Assembly (NCBI GenBank): GCA_049521795.1
Contig: JBEKOM010000001.1
Location: forward strand, 256,001-320,000
DNA length: 64,000 nucleotides
Direction: 5' to 3'
Source: Candidatus Bathyarchaeia archaeon
GTDB lineage: Archaea > Thermoproteota > Bathyarchaeia > Bathyarchaeales > Bathycorpusculaceae
Shown here: piece by piece, positions 9,975 to 19,535 of the stretch
Position numbering within the stretch: position 1 is the first letter of the stretch
Layout: each line of letters opens with the position of its first letter
Made by a program: the position numbers and the translations under genes
Notes under the pieces: model-generated
The model's database searches: none
What the model was told of the DNA's origin: nothing
Seen by the model: only the letters and a program-made list of their open reading frames with translations

Positions 9975-10670
9975 TTATTGCACTTCGCTTAGTCTCTCTA
10001 TAATTTCATCTGCGGATAGGACCATCGCGAACCCTTTTCTCAGAGTCTTCAACTCTGCTTCGTGGAGAGCTGGGTCGTCAGTGGAAGTTACGTCGCTTCC
10101 CATCACAACCTTGAATCCTCTCTCGTAGGCTTGTCTGGCGGTTGTGCCGCAACAGAAATTCGTCAGTGTGCCACAAATGATGACGGTGTCCTTCTCCAGG
10201 TTCCTAAGGATAGTCTCCAACGGAGTGTCATAAAAGGCACCGTATGACGGCTTTTGGATAACTATCTCCCGCTCAAAAGGGGCGATTTCATGCCATATAT
10301 TCCCGTTTCTGAACCAAGACGGGTCCTTGGACCCTAACTCTCCGTAGTGGTTAGGCATAAACTTCCCAGTTAATGGGCGATCAAAATAATTGTGGGTCTT
10401 TGCAAAGGCAGTGAAAATGATTGAAATCCCCTTGTTTCTACAGAACTCCAATAAATGCTTTATAAGTGGCACTTGGCGAGTTGCCTCAGGAACCCAGAAA
10501 GGTGTCCAATGAGGTTTCACGAATTCATCCTGCATGTCAATAACCAGCAAAGCGCATTTCTCTGGTTTGATCTCAAAGACAGGGTTCTTCTCATAGGCCT
10601 GTTTCGCCAGTTTCAGTACTTCTCGTTCTGTGAACTCATGACTATCTGATTGAAATCTTCTCTTCGACAT
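9975..10670 (-). CDS. Cysteine hydrolase (isochorismatase family)
   Basis: LLVIDMQDEF, QKPSYGAFYDT, GTLTNFCCGTTARQA. Confidence 0.9.
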   Translation of the reverse strand: MSKRRFQSDSHEFTEREVLKLAKQAYEKNPVFEIKPEKCALLVIDMQDEFVKPHWTPFWVPEATRQVPLIKHLLEFCRNKGISIIFTAFAKTHNYFDRPLTGKFMPNHYGELGSKDPSWFRNGNIWHEIAPFEREIVIQKPSYGAFYDTPLETILRNLEKDTVIICGTLTNFCCGTTARQAYERGFKVVMGSDVTSTDDPALHEAELKTLRKGFAMVLSADEIIERLSEVQ

Positions 10671-10843
10671 ATGACTTAACGGCGCATAATTTTCGCTTAT
10701 TTGTCTTTTGGCCAGGAATCATTGTGATTATTGTTCGGTAGGAAAGTCATTATCCTAGCTTTGTTCTCCTCAAAGTACTTTTCATAATACGTCAGTTTCA
10801 ATATCTCGCGCGAGCATCGTGCGTGAGTTGCAGGAAGCGGAGG

Positions 10844-11314
10844 TTAGTGAGATTTGATGATTTCGTAAAGCTCCTGTTCTAGAGTGGGCCATCTCTTAGG
10901 AGACTCAATTATTCTGCCTATTTCTTTGCCGTAAAGGTCAACTATTATTATCAGTGGAATCTTGTCAACTTCAAACGTTATGACTTCAGGCGGAGAAGGT
11001 GGAATCCTCCATTTGCAAACGTGACTGAGCGGGTCTTTCATTAGTCCTCCGAACACTCTGACTTCTAACCCCGCGGCTTCGAATAGCAAGGATAGGACGG
11101 GGATGTATTCCGCGCAGTCCTTGCACCATGTGACTGAAAAGACGATAGCTACGTACTTTTCCGCGAATCTTCTCAACTCGTCAATTGTTTGCGGCTGCAG
11201 CTTGTACTCTTGTTTTCTGTTTAAGAACTTCTCCTTAAGCGGCTGTTCCAAGCTATCGATATACTGATCTACGGAAACCGTTTTCTTTCTGATCTCTGAT
11301 AGGTCAAAGTTCAT
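10844..11314 (-). CDS. Thioredoxin-fold protein
   Basis: WCKDC motif, cis-Pro region VDKIPLII, EIGRIIESP. Confidence 0.8.
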   Translation of the reverse strand: MNFDLSEIRKKTVSVDQYIDSLEQPLKEKFLNRKQEYKLQPQTIDELRRFAEKYVAIVFSVTWCKDCAEYIPVLSLLFEAAGLEVRVFGGLMKDPLSHVCKWRIPPSPPEVITFEVDKIPLIIIVDLYGKEIGRIIESPKRWPTLEQELYEIIKSH

Positions 11315-11426
11315 CCTTCGGTCCAACAATTCATGAGGCAACTTCCAATAAATAGAGCTACCGTTGCCTTTTACCAGTATTAAACCGTCATTTCGCAGAA
11401 TGTTGAGGAAGCACTGTTTTCAGCCT

Positions 11427-12680
11427 TCAGCCTGTCATCAAGGTCTGGTTTTCGAATTGCCCTCTGACGTATTGGTGCGGGTAGATCTTCGTTGCGGTCA
11501 GTGTGCAACCTTGGTCAACTATTACGTCGTCGGCTATGACCGAGACGGATTGTATCTTTGTCGGTTTTCGAGGGCTTGAAGAAACTGTCACGTGCCGCCC
11601 CACGATGCTGTCCTTTATGGTCGTGTTGTCCCCGATTATGACTCGGTCCATGACTGCAGAGTCCACTATCTCAACGTCTTTGCCTATCTGTGTGTAGTTG
11701 TCTATGCACGAATTCACTATTCTGACGCCGTCGCTGATCTTGCAGTGTCTGCCTATGAGGACAGAGCCTTCAACCTCGATCTTGCCCATCTTGATCCTCC
11801 GGATTATCTCCTTCCTTCTTCTCATCGATTCGACGCTTTCCCCCTGAACCCAGATCCTCTTCTCGTCGTTCAGTCTTCCGCCGAAATCGGTTAATGAAGC
11901 AAACTTTCCGTCAAGCATGTCCTTCATCGCTTCAAGGTAGCGTCTGGGAGTGCCAACGTCGTACCAGCTTCCTTCCAATGTGTAACCGTACACCGGTCGC
12001 CCGGTGCTGATCAGGTAGGGAATAAAGTCGTAGCCAAAGTCGAGGCGATGCGTCTCCTTGATCAGCTGCTTGACTCCTTTCTCCTTGAATATTTTCCTTA
12101 TCTCGGGAGAAACCATGTACAAGCCCGTGTTGGCGAGGTCTGACGGAGCGTCCTTGGGCGCCGGTTTCTCGACGAACCTGGAGATTCTCATGTCCTTGTT
12201 TATGTCAGCTATGCCGTATCCTTCAACGTTCTCAACCTTCCTCAACGCTATGGTCATCACCGCGCCCTTCTTCTCATGAAAATCCACGAGTTCCTTCACG
12301 TTCACGTCAAAAATGTTGTCGCCCTGCACCGCAAACACTGGGTCTTTGACGCTGTAGTACTCCATGTTTATACTTGCAGAGTCCGCGCTTCCAAGGTCTT
12401 CAACGTTCGGCTGATACTTTATGTGAACACGCGGCTCTATACCGTACCTCGCAGAAAAACCGTAACCCGACTCAAAATAATCGTGCAGGTCCCTGTAATT
12501 CGTGTAGCCCTTAACGCCGAAAATGAAGTTTCTGATACCCTGACGGGCAAGGGGCAGCAGCGAAAAATCTATCAGAGGCCTGTTCAACAAACGAATGCAC
12601 GCTTTACTCGTCTCAGCCGTGAGGGGCAACAAACGCGTGGCCTTTCCCCCAACCGGTATTATCACCCTTAACCTTTCCAA
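11427..12680 (-). CDS. NDP-sugar synthase (sugar-1-phosphate nucleotidyltransferase with C-terminal left-handed beta-helix)
   Basis: GGKATRLLPLT, QGDN, FVEKP, NTGLY, WYDVGTP, hexapeptide repeats; TTG start inferred. Confidence 0.9.
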   Translation of the reverse strand: MERLRVIIPVGGKATRLLPLTAETSKACIRLLNRPLIDFSLLPLARQGIRNFIFGVKGYTNYRDLHDYFESGYGFSARYGIEPRVHIKYQPNVEDLGSADSASINMEYYSVKDPVFAVQGDNIFDVNVKELVDFHEKKGAVMTIALRKVENVEGYGIADINKDMRISRFVEKPAPKDAPSDLANTGLYMVSPEIRKIFKEKGVKQLIKETHRLDFGYDFIPYLISTGRPVYGYTLEGSWYDVGTPRRYLEAMKDMLDGKFASLTDFGGRLNDEKRIWVQGESVESMRRRKEIIRRIKMGKIEVEGSVLIGRHCKISDGVRIVNSCIDNYTQIGKDVEIVDSAVMDRVIIGDNTTIKDSIVGRHVTVSSSPRKPTKIQSVSVIADDVIVDQGCTLTATKIYPHQYVRGQFENQTLMTG

Positions 12681-12825
12681 AGCGTAGTTGCCGCCCAAGG
12701 ATCTACACCAGCAAGCTTTTGAATGAGTTATCAACGCTAAGCGTATTAAACTTTTGAGGCCAGACGCGAGTTTTATAACTCACCTAAGAAGAAAACCCTA
12801 ATGTTGCTCCGAGGTTCGATGATTG

Positions 12826-13686
12826 ATGAGAAGACTCAGCGGCTTTCTGCGTTTGACGCGGCCCATAAACTGCTTCATGATGGGCCTCGCCGTAATAGTC
12901 GGTGCAAGCCTCGTCGGCCCGAGCAGCATGAGCCCAGCTTGGCCGCGCCTAGTCTACGGTTTCATCACCGGCTTCACCCTTACCGCTGCCTCGATGGCAA
13001 TAAACGATTACTACGACAGGAAGATAGACGCCGTAAACGAACCGAGACGGCCTATCCCAAGCGGTCTGGTCAAGCCCGGAGAAGCTTTTGTCTTCGCACT
13101 TATCCTTGCCATCGTAGGCCTCGTCGCAGCGTATCTGACGAACACCGCGTATCCGCTTTGTCTTCCAACGGCCATAATCGCCTGGATCATTTCCGTAGCG
13201 TACACGACTGTCGGAAAACGAAGCGGACTGCCCGGCAACTTCCTCGTCAGCCTGTGCGTGTCAATACCGTTCGTCTACGGAAGCGTTGCCGTAGCTAACG
13301 AAGTCAAGTTAAACGTGCTCCTCTTCGCCTCGATAGTCTTTCTTTCAATCACTGGAAGGGAGATAACCAAGGGCATAGTGGACGTGCAGGGAGACAGGAC
13401 GCAGAACGTGAAGACCCTCGCCGTGCGGTACGGAGAAAAAAACGCAGCCGTTGCCGCAGCGCTGTTCTATCTCTCCGCCGTAGGGTTAAGCCCGACGCCG
13501 TGGCTTCTCGGCATCGTCTCTTTCTGGTACATCCCGCTCGTTGCGGTCACAGACATCGGACTTACAGCGTCGTCTCTCATGCTTCTCAAAAACTATTCTA
13601 GAGAAAACAGCAGAAAAATCAAGAACACCGTACTCCTATGGTTCATCTTCGGCTTGCTGGCATTCATCATCGGCGCCGCAACGTGA
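12826..13686 (+). CDS. Digeranylgeranylglyceryl-phosphate synthase (UbiA family)
   Basis: LTRPIN, INDYYDRKIDAVNEPRRPIPSG, GREITKGIVDVQGD, VKTLAVRYG. Confidence 0.88.
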   Translation: MRRLSGFLRLTRPINCFMMGLAVIVGASLVGPSSMSPAWPRLVYGFITGFTLTAASMAINDYYDRKIDAVNEPRRPIPSGLVKPGEAFVFALILAIVGLVAAYLTNTAYPLCLPTAIIAWIISVAYTTVGKRSGLPGNFLVSLCVSIPFVYGSVAVANEVKLNVLLFASIVFLSITGREITKGIVDVQGDRTQNVKTLAVRYGEKNAAVAAALFYLSAVGLSPTPWLLGIVSFWYIPLVAVTDIGLTASSLMLLKNYSRENSRKIKNTVLLWFIFGLLAFIIGAAT

Positions 13687-13949
13687 CCGAAAACTGAACA
13701 ACGGAGATTCTCACAAACCTCACGAACACTTTCATGATGTTCCTCCGCGACACTTACGCTCATCATATGGAAAAGACGGCACAACAAGCAACGAAACCTG
13801 ATAGACCTAAGCTTAAGCCCGCCTCAGCAGCCCTTGTCGGAAAGAAGGACTCGCAGTGAAGTGCACCCTAGGAGGAAGGAAGGACAAACGTGCCAACATT
13901 GCTCAGGAACTACCTTGCCTTAGCCCTGTTTCAAGCCCTCGGCACGTGC

Positions 13950-14073
13950 TCGGCCTAAAGCGCGTACAAATCCACTAGGGCCTTCAGGAGCGCCTTTGTG
14001 CAGTACTAGTACCCTAGGGGGGAGGGGGGGTGGATTAGAAGGGGAGAAACGCGAATACAGGGATGTAGCGTAT
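13950..14073 (+). repeat. Dispersed non-coding repeat, copy A (candidate structured RNA/element)
   Basis: Aligns by eye to the reverse complement of 59678..59797: about 17 mismatches plus one 4-nt gap in a G-run; last 27 nt identical. Confidence 0.9.
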
Positions 14074-14202
14074 GCTATCCTCGCGAGACAGCAACGAACA
14101 GCCTTGGTAATTCCGTCATGCTGGGCGGTAGTGATGATTGTTCTAGAAATTGGAATTATAAGCACCGTTTAACTAGTATTATGCTGCGAAGCGTGGCGAG
14201 CC

Positions 14203-14649
14203 TTGAACGCTGAGGGCGAAACCGAGTTTGAGTACGCACTTCGAGGCAAGGATTGGAAAGTCTACTGGCTACTGTTGAAGAACGGCAGGCCGATGAGCGT
14301 TCGCGAAGTTCAGAGAACCCTGCACTTCAGCAGTCCAAGCGTGGCGCAGCATCATCTTGAACAGCTACGCGAGCTCGGATTGGTCACAAAACAGGAAGTC
14401 GGCGGCAGCTACTCTCTCGTCAGCGAGGTCAAGATCGGCGTGCTCCGACACTTCGTCAAACTCGGAAAACTGCTGTTTCCGAGATACTTCTTCTACGCCG
14501 TGTTCTCCACCACGTTCTACGCGGCCTACATTCTGGTGCTGATGCAAGGACTCACAAGAGAAAACCTGTTCATACTCTCCTTCGGAGCCATCGTCACGGC
14601 GATCTTCTGGTACGAAGCCGCCCGCGTATGGTCAACGCGACCGTTCTAA
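14203..14649 (+). CDS. Winged-helix regulator with two C-terminal transmembrane helices
   Basis: PMSVREVQRTLHFSSPSVAQHHLEQLRELGLV wHTH, then two hydrophobic segments (YFFYAVF...; LFILSFGAIVTAIFW). Confidence 0.8.
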   Translation: MNAEGETEFEYALRGKDWKVYWLLLKNGRPMSVREVQRTLHFSSPSVAQHHLEQLRELGLVTKQEVGGSYSLVSEVKIGVLRHFVKLGKLLFPRYFFYAVFSTTFYAAYILVLMQGLTRENLFILSFGAIVTAIFWYEAARVWSTRPF

Positions 14650-14723
14650 CTTCTGGAACACCGTGTCCTAAGGCTTAGCATAAAATCCAACGTGACCCAA
14701 TAGGCTATAACGGTGAACGACGA

Positions 14724-16700
14724 ATGCAGAAACAAATAAGCAAGCGTATGAAGCTCTATGGCATCGCAGCCATCCTTCTAGCCACACTACTGGTCTCACT
14801 CATCTACCAATTTGGTTATGTGTCACGAACCTCACCAAACCAGCCCTCTTCAGCCATGTCAGCCTTCTCTTCCTACGAAGAACTCACAGGATTCCTGCAG
14901 AACAACACTCAACCCCAATCGACATATCCCTATGCATTGTCTGCAATGCCGGTAATCGTACCGTTTGCCTTCGCAGCCAACGTTGCCATCTCCAAACAAG
15001 GAGAAGTAACCGAAACCCCACAATACTCTGCAACAAACGTGCAGGTCGCCGGAGTTGACGAAGCAGACACTGTGAAGACCGACGGTGAATACATCTACCT
15101 AGTCACAGGCAGCAACGTTTCAATTCTAAAGGCTTACCCCGCAGACCAAGCACAGCTTGTTTCTACGATAGCGATAAGCGACATGACGCCAGTGGGAATC
15201 TTTGTCAACGGCGACAGACTAGCCGTGCTGGGAACACTATCTATCATGTCTCAGCAGCTCATCAATGGCACAGAAATAGACTTCACAAACACAACAACCA
15301 GTTCGCAGATATACGACATATCGAACAGAACGAACCCTAAACTGTTGGCAACCTTCACAGCGAGCGGCAGCTATTTCAGTTCAAGAATGATAGGCGACTT
15401 CGTCTATCTCATCGCAAGCGAGCCGGCCCTCTACACCGATGAAGCCGCATCGAACATTGCAATTGACACGGTCAACGTACCCAAGCTCGGAATGAACGGA
15501 AACATAGCAGAGGTAGCTCCCTCCGACATTTACTACTCCAACACCACCGACAACTATTTCGTGTTCACAACGATCGTAGCGTTCAACATTCAAAACACGG
15601 CGGAAACGCCGAGCTACAAAACCATTACACTCGGAGGAACCAGCACTATCTACGTCTCGCCGAACAACATCTACATAACCTTTCCAGAACAAGACCACAC
15701 ATTGATCTACAGAGTGCACATAGAGAACAGCACTATCAATCCTGATGTAAAAGGGGAAGTACCAGGCAGCGTGCTCAACCAGTATTCAATGGACGAATAC
15801 AACGGCTACTTCAGAATAGCCACCACAAACACAACATGGATAACAAGCACGATAAACGTGATTGGAACACCAATCGTCCCGAGCCAATTCATGAACGCCA
15901 GTGGAAGTTTTGCCCGCGTCATAATACTACCACCTACTGCATTAGCAGGCGAGCACAACGTGTACGCTCTTGACCAAAACTTGACCATCGTTGGCAGACT
16001 TGAAAACATAGCTCCGAACGAGAACCTGCACTCAGCAAGGTTCGTGGGCGACAGATGCTACCTCGTTACCTTTCAGAAGACGGACCCGCTTTTCGTGATC
16101 AACCTAACCGACCCGACTGAACCAGCCGTACTTGGTAACCTCTCGATCTCAGGATTCTCAGATTACTTGTACCCGTACGACGAGAACCATTTGATAGGAG
16201 TGGGCAAAGAAACCGTGGAAGCAGATCAAGGATACTTCGCGTGGTATCAAGGAATAAAAGTGGCACTCTTCGACGTCAGCAACGTCAGCAACCCGATTCA
16301 AGTGGCTAACTACACGATCGGAGACAGAGGCTCAGACTCCCCTGTGCTGAGTGACCCCAAAGCATTCCTGTTCGATAGGTCAAAGAACCTCCTCGTTATA
16401 CCAGTCCTCAACGCGACAATCGACCAGAGTCAATATCCCAACTCAAGCGCGGTTCCCCCAGGTGCTTACGGGCAACCTGTTTGGCAAGGCGCCTGCGTGT
16501 TCAACTTGACGCTGAACGGAGGCTTCGTCTTCAGAGGCGGAATAACACACATCGAGGACGGCACAAGCATATGGGACAGCAACTACTACGTAGAACGGTC
16601 GCTTTACATCGACAACGTGCTCTACACAGTGTCCAACGCGGAGGTAAAGCTGAACAGCCTAGACGACCTAGCTTTCATAAAAGAGATCGAGATCGGCTAA
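14724..16700 (+). CDS. Membrane-anchored/secreted beta-propeller domain protein (Beta_propel family)
   Basis: N-terminal TM; YSATNVQVAGVDEADTVKTDG, LNQYSMDE, ARFVGDRCYLVTF, GFSDYL motifs; many N-x-S/T sequons. Confidence 0.85.
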   Translation: MQKQISKRMKLYGIAAILLATLLVSLIYQFGYVSRTSPNQPSSAMSAFSSYEELTGFLQNNTQPQSTYPYALSAMPVIVPFAFAANVAISKQGEVTETPQYSATNVQVAGVDEADTVKTDGEYIYLVTGSNVSILKAYPADQAQLVSTIAISDMTPVGIFVNGDRLAVLGTLSIMSQQLINGTEIDFTNTTTSSQIYDISNRTNPKLLATFTASGSYFSSRMIGDFVYLIASEPALYTDEAASNIAIDTVNVPKLGMNGNIAEVAPSDIYYSNTTDNYFVFTTIVAFNIQNTAETPSYKTITLGGTSTIYVSPNNIYITFPEQDHTLIYRVHIENSTINPDVKGEVPGSVLNQYSMDEYNGYFRIATTNTTWITSTINVIGTPIVPSQFMNASGSFARVIILPPTALAGEHNVYALDQNLTIVGRLENIAPNENLHSARFVGDRCYLVTFQKTDPLFVINLTDPTEPAVLGNLSISGFSDYLYPYDENHLIGVGKETVEADQGYFAWYQGIKVALFDVSNVSNPIQVANYTIGDRGSDSPVLSDPKAFLFDRSKNLLVIPVLNATIDQSQYPNSSAVPPGAYGQPVWQGACVFNLTLNGGFVFRGGITHIEDGTSIWDSNYYVERSLYIDNVLYTVSNAEVKLNSLDDLAFIKEIEIG

Positions 16701-16715
16701 TCCCTTCTCCTCCCA

Positions 16716-16723
16716 TTTTTTTT
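16716..16723 (+). terminator. Oligo-T archaeal terminator
   Basis: T8 in a pyrimidine-rich tract 16 nt after the beta-propeller gene stop. Confidence 0.5.
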
Positions 16724-16759
16724 CACTCTTAAAGACAGAACGCCAACCGAGGAAGACGC

Positions 16760-18127
16760 TCAACTTGGCTCAACGTGAACCGTAACCGTCGTCTCCGCAA
16801 AGTGCTCTCTGACCTGCTCTTCAATCTGCGAAGCGATCCCATGTGCTTCTTCAATCGAAATCTGCTTTGTGAAACTGCAATCAATGTTTATGTAACGCTT
16901 CCTGCCGGCAACGTAGGTGACTATCCCCTTGACACGAAACGCCTGCTTACAACTAGCAGCTACTGCATGAACAATTCTCCTGATCTCACCGTCGTCCACT
17001 GCTGCCCCTCGTCTCTCCTCGAGACTCAAAGGCTCGATATGCACTGCCACGTCCTCAACGCTCTTTAATCCCTCCTCTATTCTCACCTCAATTCTCTCAG
17101 CTATTTCGTGAGCCTCCTCAACCGACAGCTTCGGATCCACGTACGCGTGCAACGTGATGTACAGCCTACTCTTCACGTATGCTACGTTGACCTCATGCAC
17201 CTCCTTTACACCTGCAACTTCTGTCGCCAATTTCTCCACAAGCTTCTCGGTCCGCATTTCTGTCACACAAGGCTCGGTGTGTATCGCAACTTCCGCGTTG
17301 CCCAGCATGTTCTTTATCTTTGCTTCAACGTTTGAGGCCAGATCGTGAGCCTCTTCAAGGCCCATGTAATCTGGGACCTGCAAAGTAGCTCTGACAAAGG
17401 TCTTCTCGCCTGCCTTTCTGATCTTCAGGTCCTCGAACCTGCAGACACCATCAGTGCCTAGAATCTCTCTCCTGACCTTGTTTGCTAAGCCCTTGGACAC
17501 GGTGTCGGTGAGTTCCATTCCGCTGCTCCAAACAAGTTTGACGCTAAGATAGGTTAACAAGGCGCCCAGAACCATCGATGCCAGCGAATCCCCGTAGTTC
17601 AATCCCAGCGCCGCCAGCCCAAACCCCACGAATGCTATCACAGTCGAACTCAGGTCCGCCAAGGCATGGTAGAACCCTGCCCTCATCGTGGAGCTTTCAC
17701 TCCTCCGCGCCCTCAAGAGCGTTCCCACCCTGAAGAAATCTATGCAGAACGTGTAACCGATTGCTATGAAACCTACGTATTCTATTCCTATGTTGACAGT
17801 CTGATGGGCCACTGTTTTCAAAACGGCCTCGTACAGTATCAGCAACGCCACGGCTATGAGCGCAAAACCACCGATAAAACCGCCTACTGACTCAAACTTC
17901 TCGTGCCCGTACATGTGCTCCTCGTCGGGAGGCTTAACAGACATGCGGGTCGCAACAAAGAGCATGAACGTCGTCAAAGCGTCAAGAAGGGCATGCAAAC
18001 CGTCACTCATTATTGCCAGACTGTTCACCATCAGGCCGAAAATGACTTCCACGAGAACGACGCTCGAAATGGCAATCGTCGAACGCATAAGCACTCTGAG
18101 CTTGTAACCGCTTTCCAAGGTTTCCAA
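16760..18127 (-). CDS. Cation diffusion facilitator with three tandem C-terminal dimerisation domains
   Basis: SDGLHALLD, HMYGHEKFE, HALAD; EEAH...H(T/I/V)EP repeated three times. Confidence 0.9.
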   Translation of the reverse strand: METLESGYKLRVLMRSTIAISSVVLVEVIFGLMVNSLAIMSDGLHALLDALTTFMLFVATRMSVKPPDEEHMYGHEKFESVGGFIGGFALIAVALLILYEAVLKTVAHQTVNIGIEYVGFIAIGYTFCIDFFRVGTLLRARRSESSTMRAGFYHALADLSSTVIAFVGFGLAALGLNYGDSLASMVLGALLTYLSVKLVWSSGMELTDTVSKGLANKVRREILGTDGVCRFEDLKIRKAGEKTFVRATLQVPDYMGLEEAHDLASNVEAKIKNMLGNAEVAIHTEPCVTEMRTEKLVEKLATEVAGVKEVHEVNVAYVKSRLYITLHAYVDPKLSVEEAHEIAERIEVRIEEGLKSVEDVAVHIEPLSLEERRGAAVDDGEIRRIVHAVAASCKQAFRVKGIVTYVAGRKRYINIDCSFTKQISIEEAHGIASQIEEQVREHFAETTVTVHVEPS

Positions 18128-18233
18128 AACAGTCTCGCTATAATGCTCAAGAGCCGGAGATTTAAGAATTATGATGCATCAACATGCTTCGCATCTTACA
18201 GCTTATATGCGTGTTTTCCGTGGCACTTGAACG

Positions 18234-19478
18234 ATGAAGCAGATTTCACGTCGCGCTAACCGCTACTCGTTCCTCAGAGGAAATTTTCTGATTCTGATGA
18301 TAAGCTGGATACTCATGAACTTCGCGGGTCCGATTCCTCAAACGTACCAAAGCTTATACTTCAAAGGCTTAGGAGCTACCGACTTTCTCCTCGGAGTCAT
18401 AGGGTTCGCTGGGTCAATCGCACTCGCACTCGTGCAGTTTCCAGGCGGCTATCTGGCGGACAAGCATGGCAGAAGATTGCTAGTCGTAACGATGACCTAT
18501 GGACTTGCGTTGTCCTACGTTTTTTTCGTCCTCGCGCCTTCCTGGCAATTCATTGTCCTAGCCTTGATAGTGCAGAACTTCTGCCTTCTCTACCAGCCTG
18601 CGATGTTTGCAATGATGCTGGACTCAGTGCCCCCTGAGGAACGCGGAAAAGGGTACACCTTGCAAGCAGTCGTGAGCAACCTTGTATCTTTACCCGCTGC
18701 AATAATAGCAGGCTACTTGATTCTCATCTTCAATCTGGACCTTGGCATGCGAATAGCCTACTTGATAGCCTTGCTGGCATACCTTGCCGCAGCAACGTTC
18801 AGGATAAACCTCAAAGAAACCTTGCCGCAGAACAAAGACAAAAATTCCCTCAACTTCTTGGCCGCTATCCGCGAGTACCCAACGTCCGTTAAAGAAGGTC
18901 TACAAGTTTGGAGCAGGATACCGAAAGCCGTGCTCTATCTCTTTGTCGCAACCATAGGAATCACCAGCTTGGTTGCGGCTTGCCAAATGTTCTTCGTCGT
19001 CTATGCAACGAGTGTTCTCCGCATCGACAATTTTCAATGGGCTGTTGTGATGGCGTTCATGTCAGTTAGCGTAGCGATACCCGCAATTCTTGCCGGTTTC
19101 AGAATGGATGTCGTCGGCCGCAAACGCTACTTCATATTGAGTTTTCTTCTGTACATCCCAGCGATGCTCATCTTCTTGAACGCAAACTTCATCATGCTTC
19201 TTGCTTCTTTCTTTCTGTTCGGCTTGGCTCAAATGCTTCTAGGAACCAGTTTCAACTCTCTTCTAGGAGATTTGACGCCCAGAGAACTCAGAGGAACAGT
19301 CATCGGATGCGGCCAATTCTTCATGTACGTAGGTCAAGCGTTTGCCCAGCTTCTCGCCGGCGCACTCTACACGTATGTCTCGCCACAGCTACCCTTCATT
19401 CTGCTTGCGGCTAGCGCTTTTCCCCTGTCAATCATCGCCTTCCTCAAAATCTCCGACCCTAGCGCCAAGGAAGTGTGA
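18234..19478 (+). CDS. MFS transporter
   Basis: About 12 TM; motif A GGYLADKHGRR and MDVVGRKR. Confidence 0.9.
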   Translation: MKQISRRANRYSFLRGNFLILMISWILMNFAGPIPQTYQSLYFKGLGATDFLLGVIGFAGSIALALVQFPGGYLADKHGRRLLVVTMTYGLALSYVFFVLAPSWQFIVLALIVQNFCLLYQPAMFAMMLDSVPPEERGKGYTLQAVVSNLVSLPAAIIAGYLILIFNLDLGMRIAYLIALLAYLAAATFRINLKETLPQNKDKNSLNFLAAIREYPTSVKEGLQVWSRIPKAVLYLFVATIGITSLVAACQMFFVVYATSVLRIDNFQWAVVMAFMSVSVAIPAILAGFRMDVVGRKRYFILSFLLYIPAMLIFLNANFIMLLASFFLFGLAQMLLGTSFNSLLGDLTPRELRGTVIGCGQFFMYVGQAFAQLLAGALYTYVSPQLPFILLAASAFPLSIIAFLKISDPSAKEV

Positions 19479-19535
19479 ATTTCAGGATAGGTATTTAGGT
19501 TTGGAAACAGTATTGAAAGGGAAAGGTTGACCTGC

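Noticed and set aside
13735-13801. Possible C/D box sRNA (ATGATGT...CTGA)
   Set aside because: Imperfect box C, no convincing C'/D' boxes, and no guide target can be verified
14047-14073. dif/Xer recombination site reading of the invariant 27-mer
   Set aside because: Lacks the AT-rich 11-6-11 inverted layout with TTATA/TATAA arms of archaeal dif sites; its symmetry includes a 3-nt bulge, more like an RNA stem
13920-14165. 81-aa minus-strand ORF over repeat copy A
   Set aside because: The 4-nt indel between the copies breaks the frame; the translation is low-complexity and not protein-like
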